Shown here: one piece after another, positions 18,364 to 29,500 of the stretch
Layout of the letters: every line of letters starts with the position of its first letter
Position numbering within the stretch: the stretch's first letter is position 1
Source: Fibrobacteria bacterium
GTDB taxonomy: Bacteria; Fibrobacterota; Fibrobacteria; UBA11236; JADFYW01
Direction: 5' to 3'
Assembly: GCA_050294405.1 (NCBI GenBank)
Contig: JBNKOC010000024.1
Coordinates: forward strand, 64,001 to 128,000
Length of the DNA stretch: 64,000 nucleotides
Translations under genes and position numbers: made by a program
The notes under the pieces: generated by a model
Told to the model about the DNA's origin: nothing
The model's database searches: none
Seen by the model: only the letters and a program-made list of their open reading frames with translations

Positions 18364-18967
18364 AGTGACCTTTTGGAATTGTTTTAATCATGGTATCTGC
18401 ATTTTCTTCCGCAATAGGCTCATATGGGGTAAAAGCAGCATGCACAGCTGCATTTACTAAAGCTCCAATTAAGCCGCCGTTGTTATTTCCGCCTGGAGCC
18501 TTGGACAACAACCTTTTTAATGCCCACAAAGTAGATCCATCCTGAGTTCGGATTAGCTGCATATCAAAACCGACATTAACATTTGAAGAAATAACTACAT
18601 ATTTACTTTCCCAATCCGTCACTACAACTTTTAGGATGGCGTCTACTCCAAAAATTTCTTTAAACTTCATAGGAGGAAGGGAGTTTATTCTTCCAGCATC
18701 TTCAAGTTTATTTGCATTAAAAACCGTTCTAGCCAACTCGGGGGGAATGCAGTGATAACCCCTCCTTGAAAGTTTTTCAAAAATTATGGGGTATACTTGC
18801 TCTTCAATTTCAGTTCCTGCAGTGGTATTTTCTGGAGGAAGAACCAATACGGTCCGAGGTTTAACGGATTTATAATCGGGATGCAATTCGGGTTTTAGTG
18901 GAGCGCAGTTAAAAATCACTGAGGAAAAAAAGCCCATTAGAATTAACTTCATAAGTTTAATTTTCAT
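18341..18967 (-). CDS. DUF799 / GNA1162-family lipoprotein
   Basis: Lipobox IFNC. KPRTVLVLPPEN, LSRRGY, IFGVDAIL, W.SKYVVISS, GGLIGALV, IPKGHY. Confidence 0.85.
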   Translation of the reverse strand: MKIKLMKLILMGFFSSVIFNCAPLKPELHPDYKSVKPRTVLVLPPENTTAGTEIEEQVYPIIFEKLSRRGYHCIPPELARTVFNANKLEDAGRINSLPPMKFKEIFGVDAILKVVVTDWESKYVVISSNVNVGFDMQLIRTQDGSTLWALKRLLSKAPGGNNNGGLIGALVNAAVHAAFTPYEPIAEENADTMIKTIPKGHYANKTTK

Positions 18968-19382
18968 TATTTACTCCTTCCTCTTTCAATTCCGAGGAAC
19001 TATCCGTGGAGTCCGCAGCCGAGGTATTGCTCTGGTTTTCTGACTCACCCATGCCATAGCTTTGAGTGTTTTGAAGTGCTAAGGTTACCGCTTTTTTTAA
19101 ATCTGGATTAATTTCAATTTCTTTTCTAAAGTTTTCAGCGGCTGCACTGCTATTGCCATTTACATGCTGGTGTACGCCATAGGATGCATGCAAGCCAACG
19201 GGAATTTTACCTTTTTTACTTTTACTTATAGCTTTTTCATAATGTTTATCGCACTCTACTCCTTTATTTTGAAAATGACATTTCATCGCTTCTCGATATG
19301 CCTTCCACTCGGGTGGCATAGGAGAGCAGCTGACAAAAACCAGTACAGACATGATTCCGGGTAATATTAGTAGATTTTTCAG
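18957..19382 (-). CDS. DUF4810-like lipoprotein (probable CTG start at 19382)
   Basis: KIPVGLHASYG ... AAENFRKEIEINPD motif, and the usual gene context with DUF799 and CsgG. The CTG start restores a full lipoprotein signal. Confidence 0.7.
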   Translation of the reverse strand: MKNLLILPGIMSVLVFVSCSPMPPEWKAYREAMKCHFQNKGVECDKHYEKAISKSKKGKIPVGLHASYGVHQHVNGNSSAAAENFRKEIEINPDLKKAVTLALQNTQSYGMGESENQSNTSAADSTDSSSELKEEGVNNEN

Positions 19383-19534
19383 AAGAATCCCCTTTAATTA
19401 CAGATTTACGAATTACCAAATTTTAAATGAGTTTTTCAAAAATAAATATTTCCTAATAAAAAAGGGATATTATTCTAATTTTTATTCATTGCATATTATT
19501 GTCAAAAATAACCAATTTTTAATATTTTTATTTT

Positions 19535-19915
19535 ATGGCTGCCCTAGTTTACTCCACCGAGTTGGGACGCATATGCCCCCAATGCCAAAAAGCTGTGGGC
19601 CAATGTATATGTAAAAAGGGAAAAGATAAAACAGCTAAAATGGGCAGCGCCGCAATAAATCTGAGCAAAATGGAGGATGGCATCGTGCGAATTGGGCGTG
19701 AATCCAAAGGGCGAGGTGGCAAGGGTGTCACACTTATTGCAGGATTAAATTTGGAGGAGAATGCCTTAAAAGATTTGGCTAAAAAATTAAAGCAAAAATG
19801 TGGCACAGGAGGAACCGTAAAAGCGGGGATAGTGGAAATTCAGGGAGACCACAGAGAAAAATTGGCCGAAGAACTAAAAAAAATGGGCTACAAAGTTAAA
19901 CTAGCAGGCGGATAA
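19535..19915 (+). CDS. yciH: Translation initiation factor SUI1/YciH
   Basis: LVYSTE, CPQC..CIC, GRGGKGVTLI, LKQKCGTGGTVK, EIQGDHR. Confidence 0.95.
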   Translation: MAALVYSTELGRICPQCQKAVGQCICKKGKDKTAKMGSAAINLSKMEDGIVRIGRESKGRGGKGVTLIAGLNLEENALKDLAKKLKQKCGTGGTVKAGIVEIQGDHREKLAEELKKMGYKVKLAGG

Positions 19916-19967
19916 AAATATAACAGCCAATATTGTTATCAGCTAATCAACTGTAAAACTTGCTGGT

Positions 19968-20450
19968 TTACTCCCAAAACATCCTCTGGTTTACGGCGAA
20001 CTCCTGGCCCGGAGGATAATGTATACGGGCTGTTACGATATTTGCATAAGAGGGAGCTAACGTACAGGCATGCAGCCTCACAAAGCTTGGGTCATAATCT
20101 TCATCGGGTGTGGTGACCCAAAGGTGCAGGCTATCGCCAAAAAATTGATTTCGAACATAAGCTATTTTTTCCTCCGCCCAACTTTCGCCTTCTATTTCCA
20201 ATTCAATCAAATAAACATCGGAGGACAGGCTGCTGTCTTCCAGCATTTCATACTCCACCTCAGTGGACATGCTTTTATAAAGTGTCAAATGGCTTATGGA
20301 CAAACCTGGAGTTAGAACCAAGGGCTTGGATTGGCTGAATTTTTGAAAACCTTTGGTATTTACGCCATCACAGGAATTGACCATGTTGGTGCAATTTTCC
20401 AAAAAAGGCAGCAAAACCACAAATATTAAAGCCCCCTTTAATAATTTCAT
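19968..20450 (-). CDS. Hypothetical lipoprotein
   Basis: SD AAGGAG and signal ending LENC. No family recognised. Confidence 0.6.
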   Translation of the reverse strand: MKLLKGALIFVVLLPFLENCTNMVNSCDGVNTKGFQKFSQSKPLVLTPGLSISHLTLYKSMSTEVEYEMLEDSSLSSDVYLIELEIEGESWAEEKIAYVRNQFFGDSLHLWVTTPDEDYDPSFVRLHACTLAPSYANIVTARIHYPPGQEFAVNQRMFWE

Positions 20451-20653
20451 TTTAACTCCTTTTATCCAAAATCGGCTGTTGAGGATTCTTTAATTTTTTA
20501 AGAATTGGTACAAATTTCATAGAAAAACTGCAGTCACGCTTGCCTCAGCTTAATTTTATTTCATGTGCAAAACTAAAATTAAGCTTATATTGAATATATA
20601 AAAATTATGGGATGTTCTATCGTCCCCCTCTTAATTTAGCCGGGATTTTGAAA

Positions 20654-21748
20654 ATGCAATTTAGTTTGAAAACTTTGTTAAGTGTTAGCGCTGTGTCACT
20701 TTTCCTGGGAAATGGTTTTGCACAGGACCCCAATTATTGGGTGTTCTTAGCTTTTGGCCAATCCAATATGGAGGGAAACCCACGCATTGAAGAAGTAGAC
20801 AGGGGCGAAGTTAGCGAACGCTTTCAATTTATGTCCGCTGTGGATTGTCCGGCACAAAACAGAACTGCCGGAGAATGGAGTGTGGCCACACCTCCCCTTT
20901 GCCGTTGTGGAACGGGTCTAAACCCATGCGATTATTTTGGCCGGACTTTGGTAGATAGCCTTCCCGAGGAAATTACAATTGGCATCATTAATGTTGCTGT
21001 TGCCGGATGCGCCATTGAAATGTTTGATAAGGATAGATATCAAACATATGTTCAAAACCAGGCCGACTGGCTGAAAAATATCGCCAATGAATACGGTGGA
21101 AATCCCTATGGAAAGCTAGTGGAACTGGCCAAAGAAGCCCAAAAAGTTGGCGTTATCAAAGGTTTTTTGTTGCATCAGGGGGAATCGGGTTCCTCGACCA
21201 ATAACTGGGCAGGCGAAGTGCAAATTATTTACGACAACCTAATTGAAGATTTAGGCTTGGAAACAGGTATTCCCCTGTTAGTGGGTGACCTTGTAAATTC
21301 CAGTAACATGATAAAAAACCTGCCCCAATCCATGGACAACGCATACATCATCAGCTCAGACAACTTAAGCAGTGGAGACAACCTTCATTTTGACGCCGTC
21401 AGTATCCGTACTTTCGGGGCGCGCTATGCTGAAAAATATCTGGAACTGATTGAAGATGAGCAAATTATCAGCGTATCGCCAAAAAGTTCTTATCAGGGCT
21501 ATTCCTTTTCCCATATTGTTATCAACCCTTCGCGCAAACTCAGCTTGTCATTTGATATACCAGTTAGCGATTTAGTAACTGTGGTGATCCATAACATGGC
21601 CGGAAAAGAAATAAAAACTCTTACTTCCCAAGTATATTCCGCAGGAAAACACGAACTGGTGCTCAATAAAGACGGACTTCCCGGCGGAATGTTTATCATA
21701 AAAATGAAATCCGGAGAGTATAGCAACCAATTCAGAGTAAGCCTATAG
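20654..21748 (+). CDS. Carbohydrate esterase family 6 (SASA / acetylxylan esterase) with T9SS-like CTD
   Basis: AQDPNYWVFLAFGQSNMEG, PPLCRC, HQGES, DNLHF. CTD tail. Confidence 0.9.
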   Translation: MQFSLKTLLSVSAVSLFLGNGFAQDPNYWVFLAFGQSNMEGNPRIEEVDRGEVSERFQFMSAVDCPAQNRTAGEWSVATPPLCRCGTGLNPCDYFGRTLVDSLPEEITIGIINVAVAGCAIEMFDKDRYQTYVQNQADWLKNIANEYGGNPYGKLVELAKEAQKVGVIKGFLLHQGESGSSTNNWAGEVQIIYDNLIEDLGLETGIPLLVGDLVNSSNMIKNLPQSMDNAYIISSDNLSSGDNLHFDAVSIRTFGARYAEKYLELIEDEQIISVSPKSSYQGYSFSHIVINPSRKLSLSFDIPVSDLVTVVIHNMAGKEIKTLTSQVYSAGKHELVLNKDGLPGGMFIIKMKSGEYSNQFRVSL

Positions 21749-21763
21749 TTTAACTAAGGAGCC

Positions 21764-22705
21764 TTAGCCATCCAATGGGGTAACCTCAACTGTTGCGTGA
21801 GCCACATTTAACTCTTTGGGCAGCAAATCTTTATAATATTGGGGCTGTTTCGGGTTCGGGTCTGAAACAGCCAATATCAGGCTGTTTATACCAGGTCCGA
21901 TGGACCACAGATGAATATCCCTTACTTGCATATTTCCGTTTTTCCGTAAGCTATCTAAGGCTTTTTGTTCCATATTATCTGGAAGTTTTTTGTCTAGTAA
22001 AACCGAGCTAGTGGATTTAATAAGACTCAAAGACCAACGCGCCACGAGAATCCCTCCCAATATTCCCATTAAAGGGTCCATCCAGACGGTTCCTATAAAT
22101 TTTGCGCAAACCAGAGCAACAATGGCCAGCACAGATGTTAAAGCATCGGCCAATACATGTAAATAAGCTGATTTTAAATTGTGATCTTCCCCTGAATGGG
22201 AATCATGGGAGTGGGAATGGTTGTGATGTTCATGGGAGTGCGAACCATGTGAATGAGAATGGCTTTCCTCATTTAAAATAACTGCGCAAAAGCCATTCAC
22301 CAAGAGTCCAACAACAGCCACAAAAATGGCCTGATTGAAATTTATGGATGTAGGGTTTATCCAATGGGATATACTTTCCCAAACCATCATTAAAGAAAAA
22401 CCCGTTAATAAAATAGCTCCGGTAAATCCTCCTAAGGCATTGATCTTTCCAGTTCCAAAATTAAAACTGGAATCATTGGCCTTCCGCCTGGCATATATAT
22501 AAGCCATAACATTAATTATCAGCGCCACAGAGTGGGAAGCCATGTGGATACCATCTGCTAGCAAGGCCATAGATCCAAATAAAAAGCCTGAGCTGATTTC
22601 AACTAACATCATGCTTAGAGTAATTATTATTACAATAAGAGTTTTATTCTCTCCTTTCCTTTTTATATGCTGGCCAAAAGAATGAGAATGCTCTGAACTT
22701 TTCAT
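21764..22705 (-). CDS. dmeF: CDF-family Co/Ni efflux transporter DmeF
   Basis: GSMALLADGIHMASH, His-rich loop, DHNLKSAYLHVLADALTS. ATGA overlap with the methyltransferase. Confidence 0.9.
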   Translation of the reverse strand: MKSSEHSHSFGQHIKRKGENKTLIVIIITLSMMLVEISSGFLFGSMALLADGIHMASHSVALIINVMAYIYARRKANDSSFNFGTGKINALGGFTGAILLTGFSLMMVWESISHWINPTSINFNQAIFVAVVGLLVNGFCAVILNEESHSHSHGSHSHEHHNHSHSHDSHSGEDHNLKSAYLHVLADALTSVLAIVALVCAKFIGTVWMDPLMGILGGILVARWSLSLIKSTSSVLLDKKLPDNMEQKALDSLRKNGNMQVRDIHLWSIGPGINSLILAVSDPNPKQPQYYKDLLPKELNVAHATVEVTPLDG

Positions 22706-23373
22706 TCCGATTCTCCTTTTTTTATCCATAGAGCCGATAGCTGACGGTTCACAGATAATATCCTGGATTCCGCAAGGCCAATACCTTTTGTGAGGGGAAT
22801 CAAATTGCTCAAATTATTTTCCATGGCCTTGTGGCCGCCATGTAAATGAATTATTAAATCACTAATACGGGTTAAAAAATTCCCCTCGCTTTTTGATTCC
22901 AAATCCACAATTACGGCATGGGCTCCGGGCTTAAGCACCCTTTTAATTTCTGCTAGGCTTTTTTCTTTTACATCCTGTGGCAAATGATGCATCACCAAGA
23001 AACATAAGATGACATCGAAATAATTATCCGAAAAATTTAACTGCTCCATTATTCCCTGTTGGAAGTTAACCTGAGCCCCGGCATCCCTGTTTTTCTTTTT
23101 AGCTATTTCAATCATTTTTCCCGATGCGTCGATGCCACAGACCTCCCCTCCGGGCATTGCCAATTTAGCCGCCTGCAAAGTGAGGTCTCCGGTTCCACAA
23201 CCTACATCAAGAACTTTTTGCCCCGCTTTTAGTTGAGCCATTGCCAAAGCAGAAGCCCTGATATGTTTGGCTTTTCCCAAGGTGATTATCCAAACCAAAA
23301 CATCGTAAAACCGCGCCCAGGGAATAGTGCGGCCCGTTGTAGTTTGCTCTTGTCCATTTTTATGGTTGTGCAT
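22702..23373 (-). CDS. Class I SAM-dependent methyltransferase (UbiE-like)
   Basis: VLDVGCGTG, GIDASGKMI, FDVI, RVLKPG. Confidence 0.9.
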   Translation of the reverse strand: MHNHKNGQEQTTTGRTIPWARFYDVLVWIITLGKAKHIRASALAMAQLKAGQKVLDVGCGTGDLTLQAAKLAMPGGEVCGIDASGKMIEIAKKKNRDAGAQVNFQQGIMEQLNFSDNYFDVILCFLVMHHLPQDVKEKSLAEIKRVLKPGAHAVIVDLESKSEGNFLTRISDLIIHLHGGHKAMENNLSNLIPLTKGIGLAESRILSVNRQLSALWIKKGESE

Positions 23374-23394
23374 GTTTAGTTTCCTGCCTTTTTA

Positions 23395-23413
23395 ATCGAA
23401 CACTATGTTCGAT
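23395..23413. promoter_or_regulatory. Palindromic operator, probably for the adjacent TetR
   Basis: ATCGAACA-CTA-TGTTCGAT, perfect 8-bp arms, between the divergent methyltransferase and tetR genes. Confidence 0.7.
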
Positions 23414-23530
23414 AATGAATAATTTGTATTTTTAATGTAAATTGAAATTTAACCCTAATCAATCAGCAAATCTGGCGAATTTGTTCAATACCAAACAAAA
23501 AGCACAATTTTGTTTGAAAAGGAAGAAGCT

Positions 23531-24121
23531 ATGAAACCCGAAAAAATGGATAGACGGATACAGCGTACCAAAGAACTGTTGATTAATTCTCTTATGAATT
23601 TAATCGCCGAAAAAGGCTACGAATCTATTACTGTACAGAACATTATAGACGAGGCCAACTTGGGTCGCTCTACCTTTTATGCCCATTACAATGACAAAGA
23701 GCACCTGCTTTTAAGCAGTATGGATGAAGTAGTGCATAGTTTACTGGAGGGCATCGATTCCCTGGAAAGCCAAAAAAAAGAATCAGGTTTACCTGTTCAC
23801 ATAATTTCTATTCAGCCCATTTTTTCCCATGCTCAGCAAAATAGCGGATTTCGAAAAGCTATCGCGCCCGCTTCGGGAAACAGCTTGATAGCTAAGTCCA
23901 TTCAAAAACATTTAAGCTCTCATATTTTGAGCTTACTGAAAACCTTTTCAGAAAAAAGCAAAAGTTCAGGGGTTCCTTTGGAAATCATGGCCAATTACAT
24001 GGCCGGAACTTTGATAACATTGCTGATATGGTGGTTGGATAATAATATGCCCTATTCTCCCAAAAAAATGGAGAATATTTTTCAGTCTCTGGTGATGCCC
24101 GGAATTTGGGAAAATATTTAA
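23531..24121 (+). CDS. TetR/AcrR family transcriptional regulator
   Basis: MDRRIQRTK, GYESITVQNIIDEANLGRSTFYAHY HTH. Confidence 0.93.
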   Translation: MKPEKMDRRIQRTKELLINSLMNLIAEKGYESITVQNIIDEANLGRSTFYAHYNDKEHLLLSSMDEVVHSLLEGIDSLESQKKESGLPVHIISIQPIFSHAQQNSGFRKAIAPASGNSLIAKSIQKHLSSHILSLLKTFSEKSKSSGVPLEIMANYMAGTLITLLIWWLDNNMPYSPKKMENIFQSLVMPGIWENI

Positions 24122-24136
24122 AATTTTGTTGTTATT

Positions 24137-26533
24137 CTATTCCCCAACAACAACAAAACTTCGAACCAATTTTTGTCCATCAGAATCAATCAATGTTAAT
24201 TGATGTTTACCAGGTTTGGGGTATAATTCCAAATTATGCGTTTCCAGGGTAGTTGTTAAATATCTCCCATCCAAATGCCAATGAATCTCAGCTTTGGGGT
24301 TCCTGTGTGATGCTTCAAAAATGGTTCGACTTTTTTTCCCGCTCAGCGTGACGGGAATAAAAACCCTGGTTCCTTCATTGGGATAGATTAAATCCATATT
24401 CTTTATTTCCTGAAAGGGAGCTACGCAGTCTGGCCTCCACGGAGGTAATGGCAAATATCCACTGTGCTTTTTAAGATAAAACCATTCCTGATTGGGAGGA
24501 AGCACAAACCAGGGAACAGATTTCATTTTAGAAACCTCCTCACAGGATTGTCGCACCCTTTTGCTCGCTGTGCCATCCAAATGCACCAACTTATGGTAAG
24601 GGCATGGAGCCAATTTAGTTTCCCCAAAAGGCATCCAAAGGGTATCCCTCCCAGGGCAATCAGGATTGGGCGGGTGACCCGATAATGGGCATACAGTCAT
24701 TTCCTGAAGGTCTTTCCTAGGGAATTGAAACCATTCCGAAGGAGGGAGCAGTTCAAAAAGTTGAAATAACAAGGGGGCTGCAACCTGGACTCCCACAAGT
24801 CCGGGCCGCCCCTCACCATCGGCATTTCCAACCCACACCCCAATGGCGTATTTAGGGGTAACCCCTACTGCCCAGGCATCCTTAAAACCAATGCTGGTCC
24901 CAGTTTTCCAGGCAATGGGTCTGCCAGAAGCGTAATTTTTCCAGGCCCCGTCCTCATCTGGGCGAGCCACTTCTACCATAGCTTCCACAGTAAGCCAAGC
25001 AGATCCCGGATCCAAAACTCCATTACCCGGGAGTATTTTAAATGGATTTTCTCCACGTAAAAGAGAAGCATAACTCCATTTTAATTTTTGTGAATTGCCT
25101 GATTGCAAGGCTTGGGATAGCCCCGCGTAGATATTAGTAATATCCCACAGGGTTGCTTCCCCACTTCCCAAAATTAAGCTTAAGCCATAATCTTCAGCTG
25201 GTCTGGTCAAAGTCCTAATACCCATGGACTTTAAAAAATCATAAAATCGTTCCACACCAAACATTTGAAGCATTCTGACAGATGGAACATTTAAGGACCT
25301 GGCCAAAACCTGCCAAGCCGACACTGCCCCCTCATAATCCCTGTTGAAATTTTTTGGCGAATAACCGCTTATGCTTGTTGGAACATCGGCTAATAAAGTT
25401 TTAGGAGTGATTTCACCAGACTGCAAAGCAGCTCCGTATAAGAGAGGCTTTAAAATGCTTCCGGTACTTCGGGAAGATTGAATAACATCTACATAACAAT
25501 TATTATCTTCCTTATTTGGGGGCCAACAATTACCAACATAGGCCACAACTTTTGAATTCTCAACATCTATAATTAAAGCAGCAGCATTATGAATAAAATT
25601 TCCAGACAAATTTTTTAAGTGGTTTTGCACTCTAGAATTAACAGATTCTTGAAGCGATTTTTTAATACTGGTTTTGATCCGGGAACCCTTTTTTAATTCC
25701 TTGGAAGTATTTTTTATCTCGGCTAATAAATGCGGCGCCAACTCGGGCAGCGCTTTTGGGGATTCGGGAATTGATTCCAATAGGGCCAATTGCAGAGTCG
25801 TAGAATCAATAGTATGTTCCGAGGCTAATTTTTTTAGCAATTTATTTCTTTTGTTTCTCAAATCCACCCGGTTTCTTCCGGGATGTATCAACCCAGGTGA
25901 ATTGGGTAACACGGCCAGTAAACAATATTCGCTCCAGGATAATTGATTTATATCACGTTGAAAGTACCTCCATGAAGCCGTTTCAACCCCAACGACATTT
26001 CCTCCATAAGGTGCATGGGAAGCATAAAGAGCCATAATTTTTTTTTTGGAATAACCGAGTTCCAATCGAATGGCCCAAATTATTTCAACCATTTTTTCAA
26101 AATAATTTCGATTATTATTTTTTCGACACAGACGTATGGTTTGCATGGATATGGTGCTTGCGCCGGATACCACATTTCCTTTGGTAATATTCAGCCATAA
26201 AGATCTTGCAACCGCAATAGGATCTACCCCAGGATGGAAATTAAACCTTTTATCTTCAAAGGAAATAACAGCTTTGGCATATTTTTCAGGAACTATTTCC
26301 AGAGGAGGAAAACGCCATTGCCCATCTTCCGCAATCCTGGCACCCAATAACTGGCCTTGACTATCAAATAAGGCCAGGGAATATGGATCTTTAAATAAAC
26401 TTGAGGGAAGAAGGAAATAAAACCAAATAACAAATACCAGGAAAATACCCGGAAAAATCAACCACCATTTATTTTCCCAGCGAAACAATTTCCAACCATT
26501 TTCCTTTTTTCCGTGCGTTAATGGATGCATCAT
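24137..26533 (-). CDS. pbpC: Penicillin-binding protein 1C
   Basis: Transglycosylase EDKRF..HPGVD and GASTISMQ. Transpeptidase STGSILKP, SLN, KTGT. PBP1C C-terminal domain. Follows the alpha-2-macroglobulin gene. Exact start uncertain. Confidence 0.95.
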   Translation of the reverse strand: MMHPLTHGKKENGWKLFRWENKWWLIFPGIFLVFVIWFYFLLPSSLFKDPYSLALFDSQGQLLGARIAEDGQWRFPPLEIVPEKYAKAVISFEDKRFNFHPGVDPIAVARSLWLNITKGNVVSGASTISMQTIRLCRKNNNRNYFEKMVEIIWAIRLELGYSKKKIMALYASHAPYGGNVVGVETASWRYFQRDINQLSWSEYCLLAVLPNSPGLIHPGRNRVDLRNKRNKLLKKLASEHTIDSTTLQLALLESIPESPKALPELAPHLLAEIKNTSKELKKGSRIKTSIKKSLQESVNSRVQNHLKNLSGNFIHNAAALIIDVENSKVVAYVGNCWPPNKEDNNCYVDVIQSSRSTGSILKPLLYGAALQSGEITPKTLLADVPTSISGYSPKNFNRDYEGAVSAWQVLARSLNVPSVRMLQMFGVERFYDFLKSMGIRTLTRPAEDYGLSLILGSGEATLWDITNIYAGLSQALQSGNSQKLKWSYASLLRGENPFKILPGNGVLDPGSAWLTVEAMVEVARPDEDGAWKNYASGRPIAWKTGTSIGFKDAWAVGVTPKYAIGVWVGNADGEGRPGLVGVQVAAPLLFQLFELLPPSEWFQFPRKDLQEMTVCPLSGHPPNPDCPGRDTLWMPFGETKLAPCPYHKLVHLDGTASKRVRQSCEEVSKMKSVPWFVLPPNQEWFYLKKHSGYLPLPPWRPDCVAPFQEIKNMDLIYPNEGTRVFIPVTLSGKKSRTIFEASHRNPKAEIHWHLDGRYLTTTLETHNLELYPKPGKHQLTLIDSDGQKLVRSFVVVGE

Positions 26534-29500
26534 ACATCGCCTCTACATTTACAGCCGGCAAATAAAATTTGCCCAGGTAACTGGCGTTTAAATAAGTTTC
26601 AAGGGTCATTGATTTACCCGGCCCCAGATTAAAATAGCTGTAAATTCGATCATCGCGAATATCTTGATAATCTATGTTATCGGATATTTGACGTTGTATA
26701 CCCGCCTCCATTCTCTCATTATGGATTTCAAATCCAGATGGGAAAATTTGAGAGAGGACTAGGTTATCAATTTTTAAATTTTTTGATTTGTTAGTTATGG
26801 ATACCCTTGCCTTTAGATCTACTCCATGGATAATTTTATCCAAATTAATACTGTTACCCGTTAAATCGCTGTATTCAACATTGAGGTAGAGGCCATTTTC
26901 GGCATCTGTTTCTTTATCATAGGGAGGTTTGCCTTCCATAAACAAACGGACATATAAAACCCTATTGGATTTATTCTCAATTTTAAATTCTTTTCCAAAA
27001 TCAGGTGCCCATTCATCTGATATTAGATACACAGGATTTGTACCGTTTATGGTTTTAAATTTTTTGGAACCAAAACCATAATTAAATTCGAGATTAGGTT
27101 CCTGGTTATTTTTGATTCCCATCAGGGTATATTTGGCAACGGACATAAGGCAATATGAAGTCGTTTGGGTGCTCATCCAGTCATTCGAGGAAAGCCTTTC
27201 GGATATATCTACCATTAAATTTTTTGCCTTCTGCTTATTGCCCATTAATACCATAGTTTCAAGAATCATAGCGGAGTCTCTTAAACTGGAACCATAGGTA
27301 TAATTATGTTCACAATAGGGCTTCACATGGTAATAAGCCTTTGAGATTAAGGCTTTTGAAATTTTTTCCTGTCCAGATAATTGATAAGCTGCAGCCAGAC
27401 GGAAAATAACCTCATTTTGCAAGGATGGAGATTCTCTTAACCTGTTCATGGCAGCTAATTCGGGCTCCCCCGCCAGAGCTAGGGTGTATAAACGATAAGC
27501 CTGAATCAAGGCACCCCTATATTGGTCAGAATACCATGAATTAGCCATTCGTTTTTGAAAGTTTTTCCACTGGCTTAACATATTTTCTGAAACAGAATAT
27601 CCAGCTTTTTTGGCTTCCAGCAGAAAATGACCGACATAGTTGGAGCCCCATTCTGTAACTTCGGAATTACCGGGCCAGTAAACAAAACCTCCATTTCCTA
27701 ATTGAAAATTTCTCAATTTGTTAATTCCTGCTGTAACATTATACTCAATTTCTTTTTTCTTTTCGGAATCCATGTGAATAAGTTCGGGCAAATATAATTG
27801 AGGAAAAATCGACGAGGTGGTTTGCTCAATACATCCATGGGGATATCGAATCAGATAATTTAATCGACCTGCCATATTAATATCGGGAATTCGGGATACC
27901 TCCACCGATACATTGTTCGTACCTTCAACTCCAGGAAGCTGCATTTCCAAATTCCAGGATTCCCCCATTTGCAATGTTTTTTTCATCACCTCGGTTATTT
28001 TTTGGATTGGGTTTCTAATTTCAATTTCAATGGCTTGTTCAGCCATTTTACCGGAGCCTTTAGCCGTAATATGAACCTTAGCCCAACCCTGTGAAATTCC
28101 TGCTTTTAATTTAAATTCTATAAGTTCATCACCTGGAGAATTGAATTTTAATTTCTTTGATGCTTCAGACATAATATCCAGGGATCCTTCTACTCTTACA
28201 GATACATCTACATCTCTGATGCTATTTTCCATGGCAAAAACTGATATTGGCAATGAAACTTCCTCCTGCGGACCCAATACTCTTGGCAGTACACCCAAAA
28301 CCATTAGGGGGTTTCGAACAGGCACTGCTTTTTCATACATACCATACGCTTCGCTTTGTCCTGCTACAGCCATAACTCTCACCGACCCCACATATTGAGG
28401 AATTTGAATTCTGTGTTCTTTTTTCTCACCACTTTCAATATGAAAGGGACCTAAATGGATAACCATGGGAGGAAACCTATTTCCCCTTTTTTCTTTGGGG
28501 CGCACCGACTCATCTCCGCCTATTGATAAAAGCCTTTGAATATTATCTCCCAAGTTCCCTGCAATATCATTGTATAAGTCCCAGGTTTTAACGCCCAAAG
28601 CTTCTTTTTTATAAAAACCTTGATGGGGGTTTGGAGTTTTGAAGTGTGTTAAATCTAGTAAACCTTCATCCACAATGGCTAAAGTATATGTCATGGCACG
28701 GCCATTTTGCTCACGAACCATAATTTTTGACTCACTGCCTGGTCTGAAAACTTCCTCATGGGTGAGTTGGGGAGTTAAAATGGTACTGGAATCAACTACA
28801 TCAATGGGGATTACCCCGTATAATCTGATTGGTCTGTCGTTGGCCAATTTTTTATGTGGCTGGATAAGCATGGCATGTATATAGAAATTAGGTGCCATTT
28901 CGGATACAATATTAAATTCGGCTTTGGCATATCCACCTTCACTTAGCAACCACATAGTTTTTAAAATTTTACTGCCAGTCTCAAGAGAAAGCAATACCCG
29001 CGTTCCCTCAGGAGCTGGAATAGTAACATGGGCTATTTCTCCGGTTTGGTATTTGTCCTTATCTGCTTTAAAAGACAGAACGCTGGCCCCAATTCCCTCA
29101 TTGGCTCCACGATTTCCCCAACCAGGCCAGTCTGCGTAAAAGATTTTGCCTGTACAATGTTTCCCATTAACATCACATGCCTTGATAAGGTATCGACCCC
29201 ACTCTTCCTTATTAATTTTAAAATCCCAATATCCCTTTCCCTTTAGAATCGCAACGGTATCTTTTTCAACAAACTGGTTATAATTTCTGTTTATAAAATT
29301 GGCCAGAGATTCCTCTTCCCTATCCCACCACCAGCGCCAGTTAATTTTGTATAGGGATATTTCCACCTTGGAAATGTCCGTGGGCTCACCAGAAGGCTGC
29401 AATCCGGCCAATTGGACTCGATATGTGGTATCGGTTACTAGCTGTTTACCCCATCCCCGGCCTTCGGGTACCCGAATTCCCAGGTATTTTGGAAAGGGGT

